Shown in pieces: positions 35,612 to 45,143 of a DNA stretch of 48,613 nt. Where the stretch lies: the sequence record NC_049828.1; one strand, given 5' to 3'. Below the pieces are notes generated by a model. It saw only the letters and a list, made by a program, of their open reading frames with translations, was not told where the DNA came from and ran no database searches. Made by a program: the position numbers and the translations under genes. Source of the DNA: Escherichia phage haarsle. Within the stretch, counting starts at the first letter, position 1, and each line of letters starts with the position of its first letter.

Positions 35612-37657
35612 ATGATTCCAAACATTGAAAAGCAAATATCAGCACTTGGTGAAGCGGTAATTAAATCCATTCAGGAGCGATTCACTGTTGGCGATATTGT
35701 GCCTTACCCTTACCAGTGCGTTGCATACGCTGAGATCGCAAAGCGTATGAAAAATTATAAGCATCCATTCTTTGTTAAAGCGTCGGTATCGGCTGGCAAA
35801 ACATTGATGTTTGCAATGGTTGCTCACCAGTGCCGGAAAATGGGCTTGAAAATGATGGTCCTTGCTCGCCAGGCTGAGATTGTTGATCAGGATTCTGAAG
35901 AGATAACAAATCTTGGCGTTCCGAACTCAATCTATTGCGCAGGGCTGAAGACAAAAAGCGCATACTTTCCTATCGTTGTTGGTTCTGAGGGCACTGTAGT
36001 TAATGGACTATTTAAAGCGCTTGGCGACTATGTTCCGCACGTTATCGGGATTGACGAGTGTCACCAGGTGGATTGGGAAGACCTTGCCGACGCAATAGAG
36101 AAAGACGAGTCATTTTTACAAATGACGACAAAGAAAGGCGAAAAAGTACCAAATCCAGATTATGACATAACAAAGGGAAGCAGGAACAGAAATACAGAGT
36201 TCCTGATTGGTGAGGATGGCTTTCCAATGGAGGGAACAGGCCGCACGCAATACACTGTCATTATCATGGAAATGATGCGACGTTGCAGGAAAGCATACTG
36301 TCATGAACTGCGCATATTTGGTATGACTGGATCGGAGTTTCGCGGTGTAGTCCCAATACTGGTAGAAGATAAAAAGCAGAAAGGATTTTGGCGTGAACAG
36401 GTTACTAATATTGACACCAACTACCTGATCAAGTTCGGTTCTGTTGTTCCGACTAATTTTGGCGACGTTGGCGATCTCGGGTATGACCTTTCAGAGTTTG
36501 AGGCATCCAGTGAGGATGGCGTTGCAGACTTTGACGCTAAAACGCTTCGTAGGATGGAACAAAAAATTCATGAAGAAGCGACCATGACAAAGCGCATCAT
36601 GGCGAAAGTGCACGAGATCTGTAAAAACCGTAACGGTGTACTTGTGACATGTGCAGGTGAAAGGCACTGCAAAGAGGCAGCGGCAGCATTGCCACCTGAA
36701 ACGACTTACAGGATCATTACTGGTAAGACTGGCGATAACCAGCGCAAGGAGTGGTTGAAAGAAGCATACGAGGGAAAGGTTAAATACATCTTCCAGGTGC
36801 AGGCGCTAACTACTGGCGTTAACGTGCCGTTTTGGGATACGTCTGTTATTCTGCGTAAGATTGGATCTCTTACGTTGCTGATTCAGCTTTTAGGTCGCGG
36901 AATGCGACTACTTAAGAAGTGGCATAAGGAGCAAGGATTCCAGAAGGATGATCATCTAGTCATGGATTTTTCAGGAACGATGGACGAGCTAGGGGAGCTT
37001 TATTTTGATCCGATACTGGAACAGGCGCAGCACCAGAAGAGATTTAGGAACGGTAAAGATCCGAAGCCTTGTCCTGTTTGCGGAACTCTTAACAGCTATT
37101 ATGCTCGTCGTTGTATGAACGTAGACGAAAACGGCAACAGATGCGAGTGGTTCTTTAAATTCAGGACATGTGATGATCAGATTGACCCGCGCACTAAAAA
37201 GATTATTCATCGCGGTTGCGGAACGAAGAATGATATTGCGGCCAGGGTATGCAGACATTGCGACATGTCATTGATTGACCCTAACGAGAAGTTAAGCGGA
37301 AAGCACTACACAAAAAACGACTGGTTCCATGTGCAATCTTTCGCGGTTGATATGACTAAAAACCAGAAAGGGATAATATTTAATTATGAGCTTTCCGATG
37401 GCATAGATACTTTCAAGGCGAGAGAGATATTTTTCCCTGAATCTGAGAGCCAAATTTGCCGCGCAAAATGGCGAAGCGTTGCTCTTAAACACATACCAGA
37501 TCGCCGCATTGCTGGTATGGTGGCGAGCTATCGCAATGCGCGTAAAATCATGCAATATGTGAATCACATCATGCCGCCATCGCGCGTGACTCACCGCAAG
37601 ACTAGCAAGGGCGAAGATAATTTGTACAAGAAGGAATTTAATTATGGCAATGACTGA
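35612..37657 (+). CDS. superfamily-2 DNA helicase (Walker A SAGKT, DECH box) with C-terminal zinc ribbon (681 aa)
   Basis: Motifs read from the translation; start at MIPNIEK. Confidence 0.7.
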   Translation: MIPNIEKQISALGEAVIKSIQERFTVGDIVPYPYQCVAYAEIAKRMKNYKHPFFVKASVSAGKTLMFAMVAHQCRKMGLKMMVLARQAEIVDQDSEEITNLGVPNSIYCAGLKTKSAYFPIVVGSEGTVVNGLFKALGDYVPHVIGIDECHQVDWEDLADAIEKDESFLQMTTKKGEKVPNPDYDITKGSRNRNTEFLIGEDGFPMEGTGRTQYTVIIMEMMRRCRKAYCHELRIFGMTGSEFRGVVPILVEDKKQKGFWREQVTNIDTNYLIKFGSVVPTNFGDVGDLGYDLSEFEASSEDGVADFDAKTLRRMEQKIHEEATMTKRIMAKVHEICKNRNGVLVTCAGERHCKEAAAALPPETTYRIITGKTGDNQRKEWLKEAYEGKVKYIFQVQALTTGVNVPFWDTSVILRKIGSLTLLIQLLGRGMRLLKKWHKEQGFQKDDHLVMDFSGTMDELGELYFDPILEQAQHQKRFRNGKDPKPCPVCGTLNSYYARRCMNVDENGNRCEWFFKFRTCDDQIDPRTKKIIHRGCGTKNDIAARVCRHCDMSLIDPNEKLSGKHYTKNDWFHVQSFAVDMTKNQKGIIFNYELSDGIDTFKAREIFFPESESQICRAKWRSVALKHIPDRRIAGMVASYRNARKIMQYVNHIMPPSRVTHRKTSKGEDNLYKKEFNYGND

Positions 37658-38063
37658 TAAAGGCGATTATCTGGAGTTTTACGAAAGAGATCCGACAGAT
37701 ACGCTAAAAGAGGAATCGCACCAGATCGGGGCGTTTCAATGGTTGACTTATGCCTACCCTGAATTGCTGGCATGGCATACGAAAAACGAGGGCGACAAGG
37801 GGATCGCTACAGCAATGATGGATCAGCAGGCTGGGCTTGTTAAGGGCGTAAGTGATTTTATCATCCTGATTGGATTAAAAGGCCGTTACCCGTTCGCGGC
37901 AATTGAGATGAAGCGCGTCAATAAGTCCGGCAAGGGTAAGGCTTCACCAGTCAGCAAAGAGCAAAAAGCCTTCTTGCGACGTGTGCGTGAGCTTGGCGGA
38001 TTCGCCGCCGTAACATACGGATATAAGCAATTCATGATCGCTGTAGAATACATGATGAAATAG
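37644..38063 (+). CDS. VRR-NUC domain nuclease (139 aa)
   Basis: GVSDFIIL...AAIEMKR motif arrangement; typical partner of phage helicases. Confidence 0.55.
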   Translation: MAMTDKGDYLEFYERDPTDTLKEESHQIGAFQWLTYAYPELLAWHTKNEGDKGIATAMMDQQAGLVKGVSDFIILIGLKGRYPFAAIEMKRVNKSGKGKASPVSKEQKAFLRRVRELGGFAAVTYGYKQFMIAVEYMMK

Positions 38064-38103
38064 CACTTTTTGTTAAAACAGGCGCGAAGAATTGCGCCAT
38101 AAT
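38060..38103 (+). promoter_or_regulatory. Promoter-like module P6 (dyad GGCGCGAAGAATTGCGCC, CATAAT)
   Basis: 20-mer at 38060-38079 overlapping the TAG stop at 38061-38063; 22-bp spacer. Confidence 0.6.
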
Positions 38104-38137
38104 AACACCAGTTCAACAAGCAACAGGTAATTAAGAA

Positions 38138-38839
38138 ATGAGCAAAGAAACCGAAGTGACATTTGAACAAATAGAACGCGAAACATTCATTGGCAATGCT
38201 CTTGCTACTGGTGGTCATTACCAGGCTGTTAAACCAAATCAATATTTCAAAGTGACTGGCAACCGCTATAACGGAAGCAATACGCCGGACATTGTGCGCG
38301 ATTTGTGGTCTACTCCGTCTGAGCTTGTTGCATGGATGGAAAGCGAATACGGTGATTATGACATCGACGCGGCGGCGAGCAAAGAAAATGCTGTATGTGA
38401 AAAATTCTACAGCAAGGAAACAAATTGCTTAAAGCGTTGGTGGGGTAGTAATAAGCATATCTGGCTTAATCCACCGTACAGCAATATTACTCCATTTGTT
38501 AAGAAGGCGATTGAGCAAATGGAGCACAACAACCAGATCGACATACTGTTACCTTGCGACACATCAACAGGATGGTTTTATGAAGCGCAACAGCGCGCAG
38601 CGGAAATCATCTGGATCACTGGAGAAGTTTACCAGGAGGACGGAACAGAATATTCCCGCACCGGACGCCTGGCGTTTACTTCCGCGCTTACAGGTAAACC
38701 AGTGCAGGGCAACAACAAAGGCAGCGTTATTTTCATCATGCGAGAACTTAAAGAAGGTGAGCAGCAGAAAACGCGATACGTTAAAATCAGCGACATTTGC
38801 CCTTCGGTGGCAGACCGTCGCGCACGGAAACGGAGCTAA
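38138..38839 (+). CDS. dam: DNA N6-adenine methyltransferase, phage Dam type (233 aa)
   Basis: NPPY catalytic motif (WLNPPYS). Confidence 0.8.
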   Translation: MSKETEVTFEQIERETFIGNALATGGHYQAVKPNQYFKVTGNRYNGSNTPDIVRDLWSTPSELVAWMESEYGDYDIDAAASKENAVCEKFYSKETNCLKRWWGSNKHIWLNPPYSNITPFVKKAIEQMEHNNQIDILLPCDTSTGWFYEAQQRAAEIIWITGEVYQEDGTEYSRTGRLAFTSALTGKPVQGNNKGSVIFIMRELKEGEQQKTRYVKISDICPSVADRRARKRS

Positions 38840-38843
38840 AACC

Positions 38844-39083
38844 ATGCAGAAAGAAAGAAGCGTTTATTTAAATGAAACTGGAGAGTGGTTGTTATTTCGC
38901 GCTATGGTTTGCGAGGCGCTTGATAAAAACGATTTCATAAAACCGCTATTAGGTTGCGATCCGTGGGAGTTTACAAGCGCGCTTGATATGAGCTTTGAGG
39001 AAACAAGAAAACTACCGCTTGAAAAATGGCATGAGCAGATCGGTAAAGACTTGCAAGAGTTTTACGAATCCGCGTCAAAATAG
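38844..39083 (+). CDS. hypothetical protein (79 aa)
   Basis: ATG 38844 with RBS GGAG; stop TAG lies inside module P7. Confidence 0.5.
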   Translation: MQKERSVYLNETGEWLLFRAMVCEALDKNDFIKPLLGCDPWEFTSALDMSFEETRKLPLEKWHEQIGKDLQEFYESASK

Positions 39084-39123
39084 CACTTTTTGTTAAAACG
39101 CCCGGCCTTGTGTCGGGCATAAT
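39080..39123 (+). promoter_or_regulatory. Promoter-like module P7 (dyad GCCCGGCCTTGTGTCGGGC, CATAAT)
   Basis: 20-mer at 39080-39099; 22-bp spacer; leader box TCATCAAAACGA. Confidence 0.6.
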
Positions 39124-39155
39124 TACTTCATCAAAACGAACAAGAGGAAAACAAA

Positions 39156-39335
39156 ATGGTTGTTTACGATCCACGCGCTTTTAAAATTGCTCAAGAAGTT
39201 TCACGCGAGTCTGTTGCTGGCGGTTCGGTTAACGGCTATCAGTTTGATTGGTCGGCAGCAATGACCTTGCTTAAGGTTGCATATGGTCACGCGCCAATTG
39301 AAACAGCGGAGGAATATTATAAGCATGAAGGTTGA
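39156..39335 (+). CDS. small hypothetical protein (59 aa)
   Basis: ATG after RBS AAGAGGAAAAC. Confidence 0.45.
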   Translation: MVVYDPRAFKIAQEVSRESVAGGSVNGYQFDWSAAMTLLKVAYGHAPIETAEEYYKHEG

Positions 39336-39567
39336 GCAAGGTAGGCAGGCTGTATGGGATCACGCAAAGGAATGCGGGATCGCAGAAGACATATCCAGGA
39401 TAGCGAAATATTTTGATATTGCTGACATAAGCATTATCAGCGGCGACAAAATGACATTTCTCAATGAACGCCCGCGCAAGATGCATCGCGTACCAGCAAT
39501 ACCAACAAAGATTGATTTCAAAGAGGCTATGGCGAAAATTCGCGAGCCGCGCAAATACTACAAATGA
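39325..39567 (+). CDS. hypothetical protein (80 aa)
   Basis: Coupled start overlapping the upstream stop. Confidence 0.45.
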   Translation: MKVEQGRQAVWDHAKECGIAEDISRIAKYFDIADISIISGDKMTFLNERPRKMHRVPAIPTKIDFKEAMAKIREPRKYYK

Positions 39568-39665
39568 GGATTATTATCATGTGGCGTTTGTTACTTTTGC
39601 CCTTACCTGTTATGATGGCGATCTCTATTGTATATGTTGTCATAATGAAATAAGGAGAATTTTTG

Positions 39666-40781
39666 ATGAAGCAAATCAAAATCACAGATGAACAATTTAT
39701 CAATGAGCGCAAGCAGGGAAAGACATATAAGCAGATCGCTAATGAGTATGGCATGAACGTTCGCAGCATTGAGCGCCGCGCGGCACGATTAGCAAAGCAA
39801 GGTAAAGTTACAACCATCGGATCACCTGGTTTTGGTGTTACTGGAGAATCAAAGCTAATTGATCAAGATGGCAATGTGGTTATGACATGGATTAAGACAA
39901 GCAAGGACCGCGAACAGTTAGAAGCATTAATGCAGGCCGCTATGGATGCATTTAGCGAAGAAGTTCCGCGACTTGATCCGCAACCAGAATCACAAAAGGA
40001 TTATAGCGAGACGTTATCACTGTATCCGATCTTTGATATGCACTTGGGCGCAATGGCGCATAAGCATGAATGCGGAGAGAATTGGGATACAGCAACAGCA
40101 GAGCGCGTAATGAATAATTTCATTGATTATTCCATCCAGTGCGCGCCGGATAGTGAAAAAGCTGTCTTGCTGATTGGTGGTGATATGCTTCACAGCGACG
40201 GACTGGAGGCGGTAACACCTGCAAGCGGTCACGTATTGGATCAAGATAGTCGATACGCAAAACTTGTTTACGTTGCCATCCGGTCAGTGCGTCGGGCAAT
40301 AGCAAAGCTGTTATCAAAACACAAAAACGTCGAGATTCAGATAATTGAAGGCAACCACGACCAAAGCGGCATGATCTGGTTGCGCGCAGCAATGGCGGCA
40401 GCATATGAGAATGAGCCGCGAGTGCATGTTGATGTGTCTCCGCGAGTAGTTCATCACACACAATATGGCAAAACATTCCTGGCATACCATCATGGGCACA
40501 CTATCCGCAAGCCTGAAACATTGCTCATGATGTGCGCGGCAGACTGGCGCGAAGACTTCGGAAATTCAAAAATGATGTATGCTCACGTAGGGCACTGGCA
40601 TCATCAGACAGTAACTGAAACAAGCCTGGGCATTGTTGAAGTGCATAGCACTATGGCGGCAAAAGATGCATATGCGGCGCGCGGTGGATGGCGTTCCCGT
40701 CGCCGTGCGGCTGTTATTGTTTACGATAAAGAATACGGAGAAGTAGGGCGATTTATGCATTATCCAGAAATGGCTGATTGA
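39666..40781 (+). CDS. HTH domain - metallophosphoesterase fusion protein (371 aa)
   Basis: N-terminal HTH-like TYKQIANEYGMNVRSIERR; phosphoesterase-like motifs GGDMLHSDG, GNHD, HHGH; RBS AAGGAG. Confidence 0.5.
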   Translation: MKQIKITDEQFINERKQGKTYKQIANEYGMNVRSIERRAARLAKQGKVTTIGSPGFGVTGESKLIDQDGNVVMTWIKTSKDREQLEALMQAAMDAFSEEVPRLDPQPESQKDYSETLSLYPIFDMHLGAMAHKHECGENWDTATAERVMNNFIDYSIQCAPDSEKAVLLIGGDMLHSDGLEAVTPASGHVLDQDSRYAKLVYVAIRSVRRAIAKLLSKHKNVEIQIIEGNHDQSGMIWLRAAMAAAYENEPRVHVDVSPRVVHHTQYGKTFLAYHHGHTIRKPETLLMMCAADWREDFGNSKMMYAHVGHWHHQTVTETSLGIVEVHSTMAAKDAYAARGGWRSRRRAAVIVYDKEYGEVGRFMHYPEMAD

Positions 40782-40825
40782 ACTTTTAATTATTAAAATA
40801 CCAATATAAATCATAAATTTAATTG

Positions 40826-40860
40826 GGCGAGGCATTTTGCTTTGCCCTTTTTTTATTCCT
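40826..40860 (+). terminator. Terminator (GC stem, T7)
   Basis: GGGCGAGGCATTTTGCTTTGCCC followed by TTTTTTTATT. Confidence 0.55.
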
Positions 40861-40927
40861 TTTTATGCGTTCAATGGTTAGGATACAATCAATTAATTGT
40901 TGACTTTTATTTACAGGAGATCTAATC

Positions 40928-41143
40928 ATGAAAGATTTTTTAAACGCTGCAACTTCCGGCACTGGCGGCGCGTCAATCACTGGCGCGGTAACTGGTCAAA
41001 CAACCATTGCAATAGCCAGCTTCGTTTTGATGGCTGCATTTGGTATGTGGGGGGCTTATCTTCGCTGGCGTGATAGTAAGGCGCTACGTGACGCGCTTGA
41101 ATGCGGAGATATTAAGAAAGCTATTGAAATCAGGGGTAAATAA
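40928..41143 (+). CDS. holin (putative pinholin, 71 aa, one TM helix)
   Basis: Small TM protein directly upstream of the SAR endolysin. Confidence 0.6.
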   Translation: MKDFLNAATSGTGGASITGAVTGQTTIAIASFVLMAAFGMWGAYLRWRDSKALRDALECGDIKKAIEIRGK

Positions 41144-41631
41144 TGAGCATAAAACAAAGAGTGACCGCTGCGGCTTTTGGCGTTGCTCTTGCTCTTACTT
41201 CTCCGTTGCTGGAGGAAATAGAAGGAGTAAAATATAAGCCGTACAAAGATATTGCTGGAATATGGACGGTTTGCGCCGGAATAACTGGACCTGACGTAAT
41301 ACCAGGTAAGACGTACACGCAGAGAGAATGCGATGCGCTACTGGCAAAGCATATCAAGATCGCAAAGGATGAAGTTGATAAGCGTGTTAATGTTGATATT
41401 CCTGATACAATGCGCGCGGCAATGTATTCATTCACATACAATGCTGGCACTGGTGCTTTTAGAAATTCAACCATGCTTAAGCTGATTAATAACGGTCGTT
41501 ATATGGAAGCGTGCGAGCAGTTATGGCGATGGACAAAATACACCAATCCAAAAACAGGAAAGAAAGAAACGTCTAAAGGACTGCGAAACCGCCGCGCTGT
41601 GGAATTTAAATATTGCATTAAGGATCTGTAA
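41143..41631 (+). CDS. SAR endolysin (lysozyme, phage P21 R-like, 162 aa)
   Basis: N-terminal signal-anchor-release segment; [23 protein letters not shown] closely resembles P21 R as recalled. Confidence 0.85.
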   Translation: MSIKQRVTAAAFGVALALTSPLLEEIEGVKYKPYKDIAGIWTVCAGITGPDVIPGKTYTQRECDALLAKHIKIAKDEVDKRVNVDIPDTMRAAMYSFTYNAGTGAFRNSTMLKLINNGRYMEACEQLWRWTKYTNPKTGKKETSKGLRNRRAVEFKYCIKDL

Positions 41632-41633
41632 TT

Positions 41634-42032
41634 ATGAGAAAGTTATCAATAATCGTGATCGCTGTTATTTTGTCTGGATGTTCAAGCGTTATGCCACTGA
41701 CCGGATTAATCGGTAGTAAGCCGGAAATCACAGCACAGGCAGGAGCGGAGAACGTAAAGCAGACCGTTGGCGTTACCGCAAAGCAGGACACCAGCACAAA
41801 ACAGGAAACTACAATAAAGGAATCTGCGGTTGATAAGGTGGACACTTCCAGCAAGAAGGATTTTACTACGTCAACCATTCAGGCTAACACCATCAAGGCT
41901 GATAAAATCCAGGTCGTGCAAGGTGGGCAAAGGAATTGGTACGATCCTATAATCTATTGCGCGGCAATTTTTAGTGGTCTTTTGTCAATGCTTTACTTTT
42001 CCTACCGCAAAGGCAACAAAAAGGAGGCTTAA
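41634..42032 (+). CDS. unimolecular spanin (132 aa; N-terminal lipoprotein signal LSGC plus C-terminal TM helix)
   Basis: Lipobox at the N-terminus and hydrophobic C-terminal segment, the architecture described for the T1 u-spanin. Confidence 0.7.
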   Translation: MRKLSIIVIAVILSGCSSVMPLTGLIGSKPEITAQAGAENVKQTVGVTAKQDTSTKQETTIKESAVDKVDTSSKKDFTTSTIQANTIKADKIQVVQGGQRNWYDPIIYCAAIFSGLLSMLYFSYRKGNKKEA

Positions 42033-42050
42033 CGCCTCCTTTGTTTTATA
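42022..42050. terminator. Bidirectional terminator (AGGAGGC ttaac GCCTCCT, TTGTTTTAT)
   Basis: Hairpin between the convergent spanin gene and the leftward block. Confidence 0.65.
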
Positions 42051-42267
42051 GTGAATCCATCAAATCTTGAAAGCTGTTTCCGCTATAATCATTCTCGACA
42101 AGAATGTAAGCACCTTTCTTCTTTATATCCCATAACATTTCATTGTATTCGTAACGATTTATTTCAAACGTGCTACCATCTTCTCTTGTCGCAGTTCCTT
42201 TGTCGTTGAAAACATCAAAAGTTACATTGATGATTTTTGTTTCTTTTTTTGTTACTTTGATAGCCAT
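42046..42267 (-). CDS. hypothetical protein (73 aa)
   Basis: Start at MAIKV with RBS GAGGA and the conserved leader. Confidence 0.55.
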   Translation of the reverse strand: MAIKVTKKETKIINVTFDVFNDKGTATREDGSTFEINRYEYNEMLWDIKKKGAYILVENDYSGNSFQDLMDSL

Positions 42268-42300
42268 TTTTAAAATCCTCATATTCGTTTCGATGAAACA

Positions 42301-42344
42301 AATATACCCGATACGAGATCGGGTGTTTTAACAAAAAGTGCTAT
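42301..42344 (-). promoter_or_regulatory. Promoter-like module M4 (dyad ACCCGATCTCGTATCGGGT containing GATC, TATATT)
   Basis: Minus-strand 20-mer at 42325-42344 overlapping the TAG stop; 22-bp spacer. Confidence 0.6.
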
Positions 42345-42535
42345 TCAATACGCTTTACAGTAACCAACAAAACTCCGTCCTCATCACACAAATTATGCTC
42401 TGATATATCAAACGCTCGCATGTCAGAATGAATGAGCGTTAACATTGCGTGCATGAAGTCGTCATGTGAGATTGAACTTACGGCGCAGAACTTCAATATT
42501 TTGTCTATTAGCATTTGACGTAAACAATTCTTCAT
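42341..42535 (-). CDS. hypothetical protein (start uncertain)
   Basis: ORF overlaps the 3' end of the upstream gene; no clear RBS. Confidence 0.3.
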   Translation of the reverse strand: MKNCLRQMLIDKILKFCAVSSISHDDFMHAMLTLIHSDMRAFDISEHNLCDEDGVLLVTVKRIE

Positions 42536-42854
42536 CGCTCATTTCTCCGATCCGTAAAACATCTCTTACCCATTCGTTTTGCATACCTTCCAGGCTGTAA
42601 AGTTCAAACGAGAAAGGGCGATTTGCTGATCCTTTCTTACACCAGAACTTTCCACCAACTCCATCAAGATAACCAGCGGTCATCATTCTTGCGCAAAATT
42701 CTTTTGAAACGGCAGTTGCAAACATCCTCGGAGTAAATCCTGCGGCCCTTGCGAGCCGCTCACATTCTCTGTGCTGAAAGATAAATTTTGCTATATGTTG
42801 ACGTGTAAACCATTCGAATGACTCACACCAGCGATACAGATCCAGAAGAAACAT
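42462..42854 (-). CDS. hypothetical protein (130 aa)
   Basis: ORF immediately downstream of the P-loop protein gene. Confidence 0.5.
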   Translation of the reverse strand: MFLLDLYRWCESFEWFTRQHIAKFIFQHRECERLARAAGFTPRMFATAVSKEFCARMMTAGYLDGVGGKFWCKKGSANRPFSFELYSLEGMQNEWVRDVLRIGEMSDEELFTSNANRQNIEVLRRKFNLT

Positions 42855-42856
42855 AA

Positions 42857-44440
42857 TTACCCCAGCAATGTTGGATTTACAAAAACAACGCCATTAATCA
42901 CACAAATATAATTTCTTTCTTCAAGCATCGGCAGCAGTTGCGTTTCCATACGCTTCATTACGCCAGCCTGGCCAACAAACGGCTTAACTTTTCGTGCAGC
43001 CTCATATATGGCGCGCACATTCAAGATCCCCTTGTTAGCCTTACCGTGTCGAGTGATGATCTCGATTAGTTTACCCATTTCAGCATCATCACCAGCATAG
43101 CCAGAAGCGTTGGCGGCGCTAATGTATGTTTTGCTCAACTCGCTAAACATCAGCAATGCTTCCTGAACGGTTTCAACCTCAATCTCTTTCGACTTCTGAG
43201 GGTATCCACCAGGATTAAACCAATTGCGGATAGTGTGCAAAACCGAAGCAATCCTGATCACCTGCTTATCCATTTTGCCAAGCGCACCTCGCAGCATTGT
43301 ATGCGAATACTTTCCGCCATCAGCAAGATGCGGTTCCATCTCCTGACGAGCCATGTTAAGCACTCGCATTGCGGATTTGCTGATCTTAAGCTGGATGCTT
43401 GATTCGCTCATGATGTTATGGATCAGCTTAAAATATTGGCTTTTCAGTTCTCCATCAACAGGTTCATAAGTCGAATCACCGTTATCATCAACAAATTTTC
43501 GACGACCTAAAAATGATTCTTCACGCACAAGCAAATAACGTTCACTCACACCGATACCGCGCGATCCTGCATCCATGATGGCATTAATTGTTTCATCCTG
43601 GGCAATTACTGCCATACAGCCAAGAGCTTTAAAACTCATGTTATTGTCTGCGTTTGCGCGAGCTATAGAAACATGACCGTGATCCCATGCTTTCAGCACA
43701 AGTTCGCTGTTGGTTTTACGTTCGCTATTTGCATATGTCAGACCTAAAAGGCTGTTAATACTCGTTGCCTCGTCTGAAATTACAGCAAAGTTACCCTGGC
43801 GATTGTTGATTCTTGCAAGTCCTTCAGGTGTGGTATCGGACACAGGGAAAACAATGTCACACATCTTTTCAAGTTTTTCTTCAAGATCTTCTTTCTCCTG
43901 GTATAGCGATTCCATATCAGCGCCAGATCGCTCGCTTTTCATCTCTTTTGCAAGACCTGCCAACTTTGCCTGAATCTTTTTCCGCTCCTTCTTTCGCTGA
44001 TCATTAATTCTTTCCACTTCAGCAACCATAGGAGCAAGAGCCAGGCTGTTAACGGCAGATTTACCAGTTGAAGGAGGCTGGCTTGTGACAACATAAAGAG
44101 CGGTTGGCTGATCCGTTCCGTGATACTCAACCGTGAATCGCCCAAGCATTGCAGCAGACACACAGCCGATAAAATGCATATATGCCGATGATTCAGGGAA
44201 TTGAACAGATCGAGCAATGTTTCGCGCCAACTTTCCAACAACATCAACATCATTGCCAAGAGAAATTACAGGGTAGCGATCGTTTCCGTTATTAACATCA
44301 TTAACCTCACCCCAAAAGCTGGACGATTGACGGTATCCGTTAGCCTGAATGGACACGCGCACCGGAGACAATCCTTGTGCATCAGCTAATTCGATAATTT
44401 GTTTTGGTGTTAGTTTATTGGTTTCAAACGAAAAATTCAT
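42857..44440 (-). CDS. P-loop NTPase-like protein of unknown function (527 aa; Walker A SQPPSTGKS)
   Basis: Start at MNFSFE with RBS AAAGGAG; Walker A read from the translation. Confidence 0.5.
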   Translation of the reverse strand: MNFSFETNKLTPKQIIELADAQGLSPVRVSIQANGYRQSSSFWGEVNDVNNGNDRYPVISLGNDVDVVGKLARNIARSVQFPESSAYMHFIGCVSAAMLGRFTVEYHGTDQPTALYVVTSQPPSTGKSAVNSLALAPMVAEVERINDQRKKERKKIQAKLAGLAKEMKSERSGADMESLYQEKEDLEEKLEKMCDIVFPVSDTTPEGLARINNRQGNFAVISDEATSINSLLGLTYANSERKTNSELVLKAWDHGHVSIARANADNNMSFKALGCMAVIAQDETINAIMDAGSRGIGVSERYLLVREESFLGRRKFVDDNGDSTYEPVDGELKSQYFKLIHNIMSESSIQLKISKSAMRVLNMARQEMEPHLADGGKYSHTMLRGALGKMDKQVIRIASVLHTIRNWFNPGGYPQKSKEIEVETVQEALLMFSELSKTYISAANASGYAGDDAEMGKLIEIITRHGKANKGILNVRAIYEAARKVKPFVGQAGVMKRMETQLLPMLEERNYICVINGVVFVNPTLLG

Positions 44441-44467
44441 TGATGATAACTCCTTTTTGATGCGGCA

Positions 44468-44511
44468 ATAATACCGCACCAATGCTACCCGCATTTAACA
44501 AAAAATGCTAT
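44468..44511 (-). promoter_or_regulatory. Promoter-like module M5 (ATAGCATTTTTTGTTAAATG, TATTAT)
   Basis: 20-mer at 44492-44511 overlapping the TAG stop at 44508-44510; 22-bp spacer. Confidence 0.55.
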
Positions 44512-44729
44512 TTTATCCGCTCTATGCTAACTAAGATTTTTTCTGGTTCCTTTGCACTATGGCAATGCGCGGTTACAGAATCAACAAAATCAAAGTAAAG
44601 TGATTTGTGATATGAGAATCCAATCAGCCACCCAACCATCGTTTTCTTTATTGGCCTGACTACATCGCCAGGCTTGAAGGTTTTTGTTGCTGAATAAGTC
44701 ACCTTATAGCGATATTCAGTCTTGATCAC
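44508..44729 (-). CDS. hypothetical protein (73 aa)
   Basis: ORF with coupled ATGA overlap. Confidence 0.5.
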   Translation of the reverse strand: MIKTEYRYKVTYSATKTFKPGDVVRPIKKTMVGWLIGFSYHKSLYFDFVDSVTAHCHSAKEPEKILVSIERIK

Positions 44730-45112
44730 TTATACATAGCCTCAAACAAATGACAGCCACCAGCGGAAAACCCTACTTCTTCGCGGTATAGCGTCCAGCG
44801 GTCGCCAGCTTCATCAAACACATAACCAGCAACAGCGCCAAGCGCGCGGCCTTGCTCAATCTGGTAGCGCTTTCCTTCTTTGAAATGCTTTTTACAAGGG
44901 ATCTTGTGATCTACAAAGGTGCATTTAATTGTTTTTGTCTTGATATGACGATAGTCAGACTCAACAGCGTTTTGCCACTTACTACCCTTTGTAATGCTCT
45001 TTACCTGGAATTGTTCCAACTCGATCACATCATCGCTACCAGCAATTTTTTCGTATACAGCTTTATAACGACCGTTCATCAAAACGTTGGTTTTATTGCA
45101 GATAACTTTCAT
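44726..45112 (-). CDS. hypothetical protein (128 aa)
   Basis: RBS AAGGAGAAATAA; downstream of module M6. Confidence 0.55.
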   Translation of the reverse strand: MKVICNKTNVLMNGRYKAVYEKIAGSDDVIELEQFQVKSITKGSKWQNAVESDYRHIKTKTIKCTFVDHKIPCKKHFKEGKRYQIEQGRALGAVAGYVFDEAGDRWTLYREEVGFSAGGCHLFEAMYK

Positions 45113-45143
45113 CGTTTATTTCTCCTTTCGTTTCGGTGAAGTG

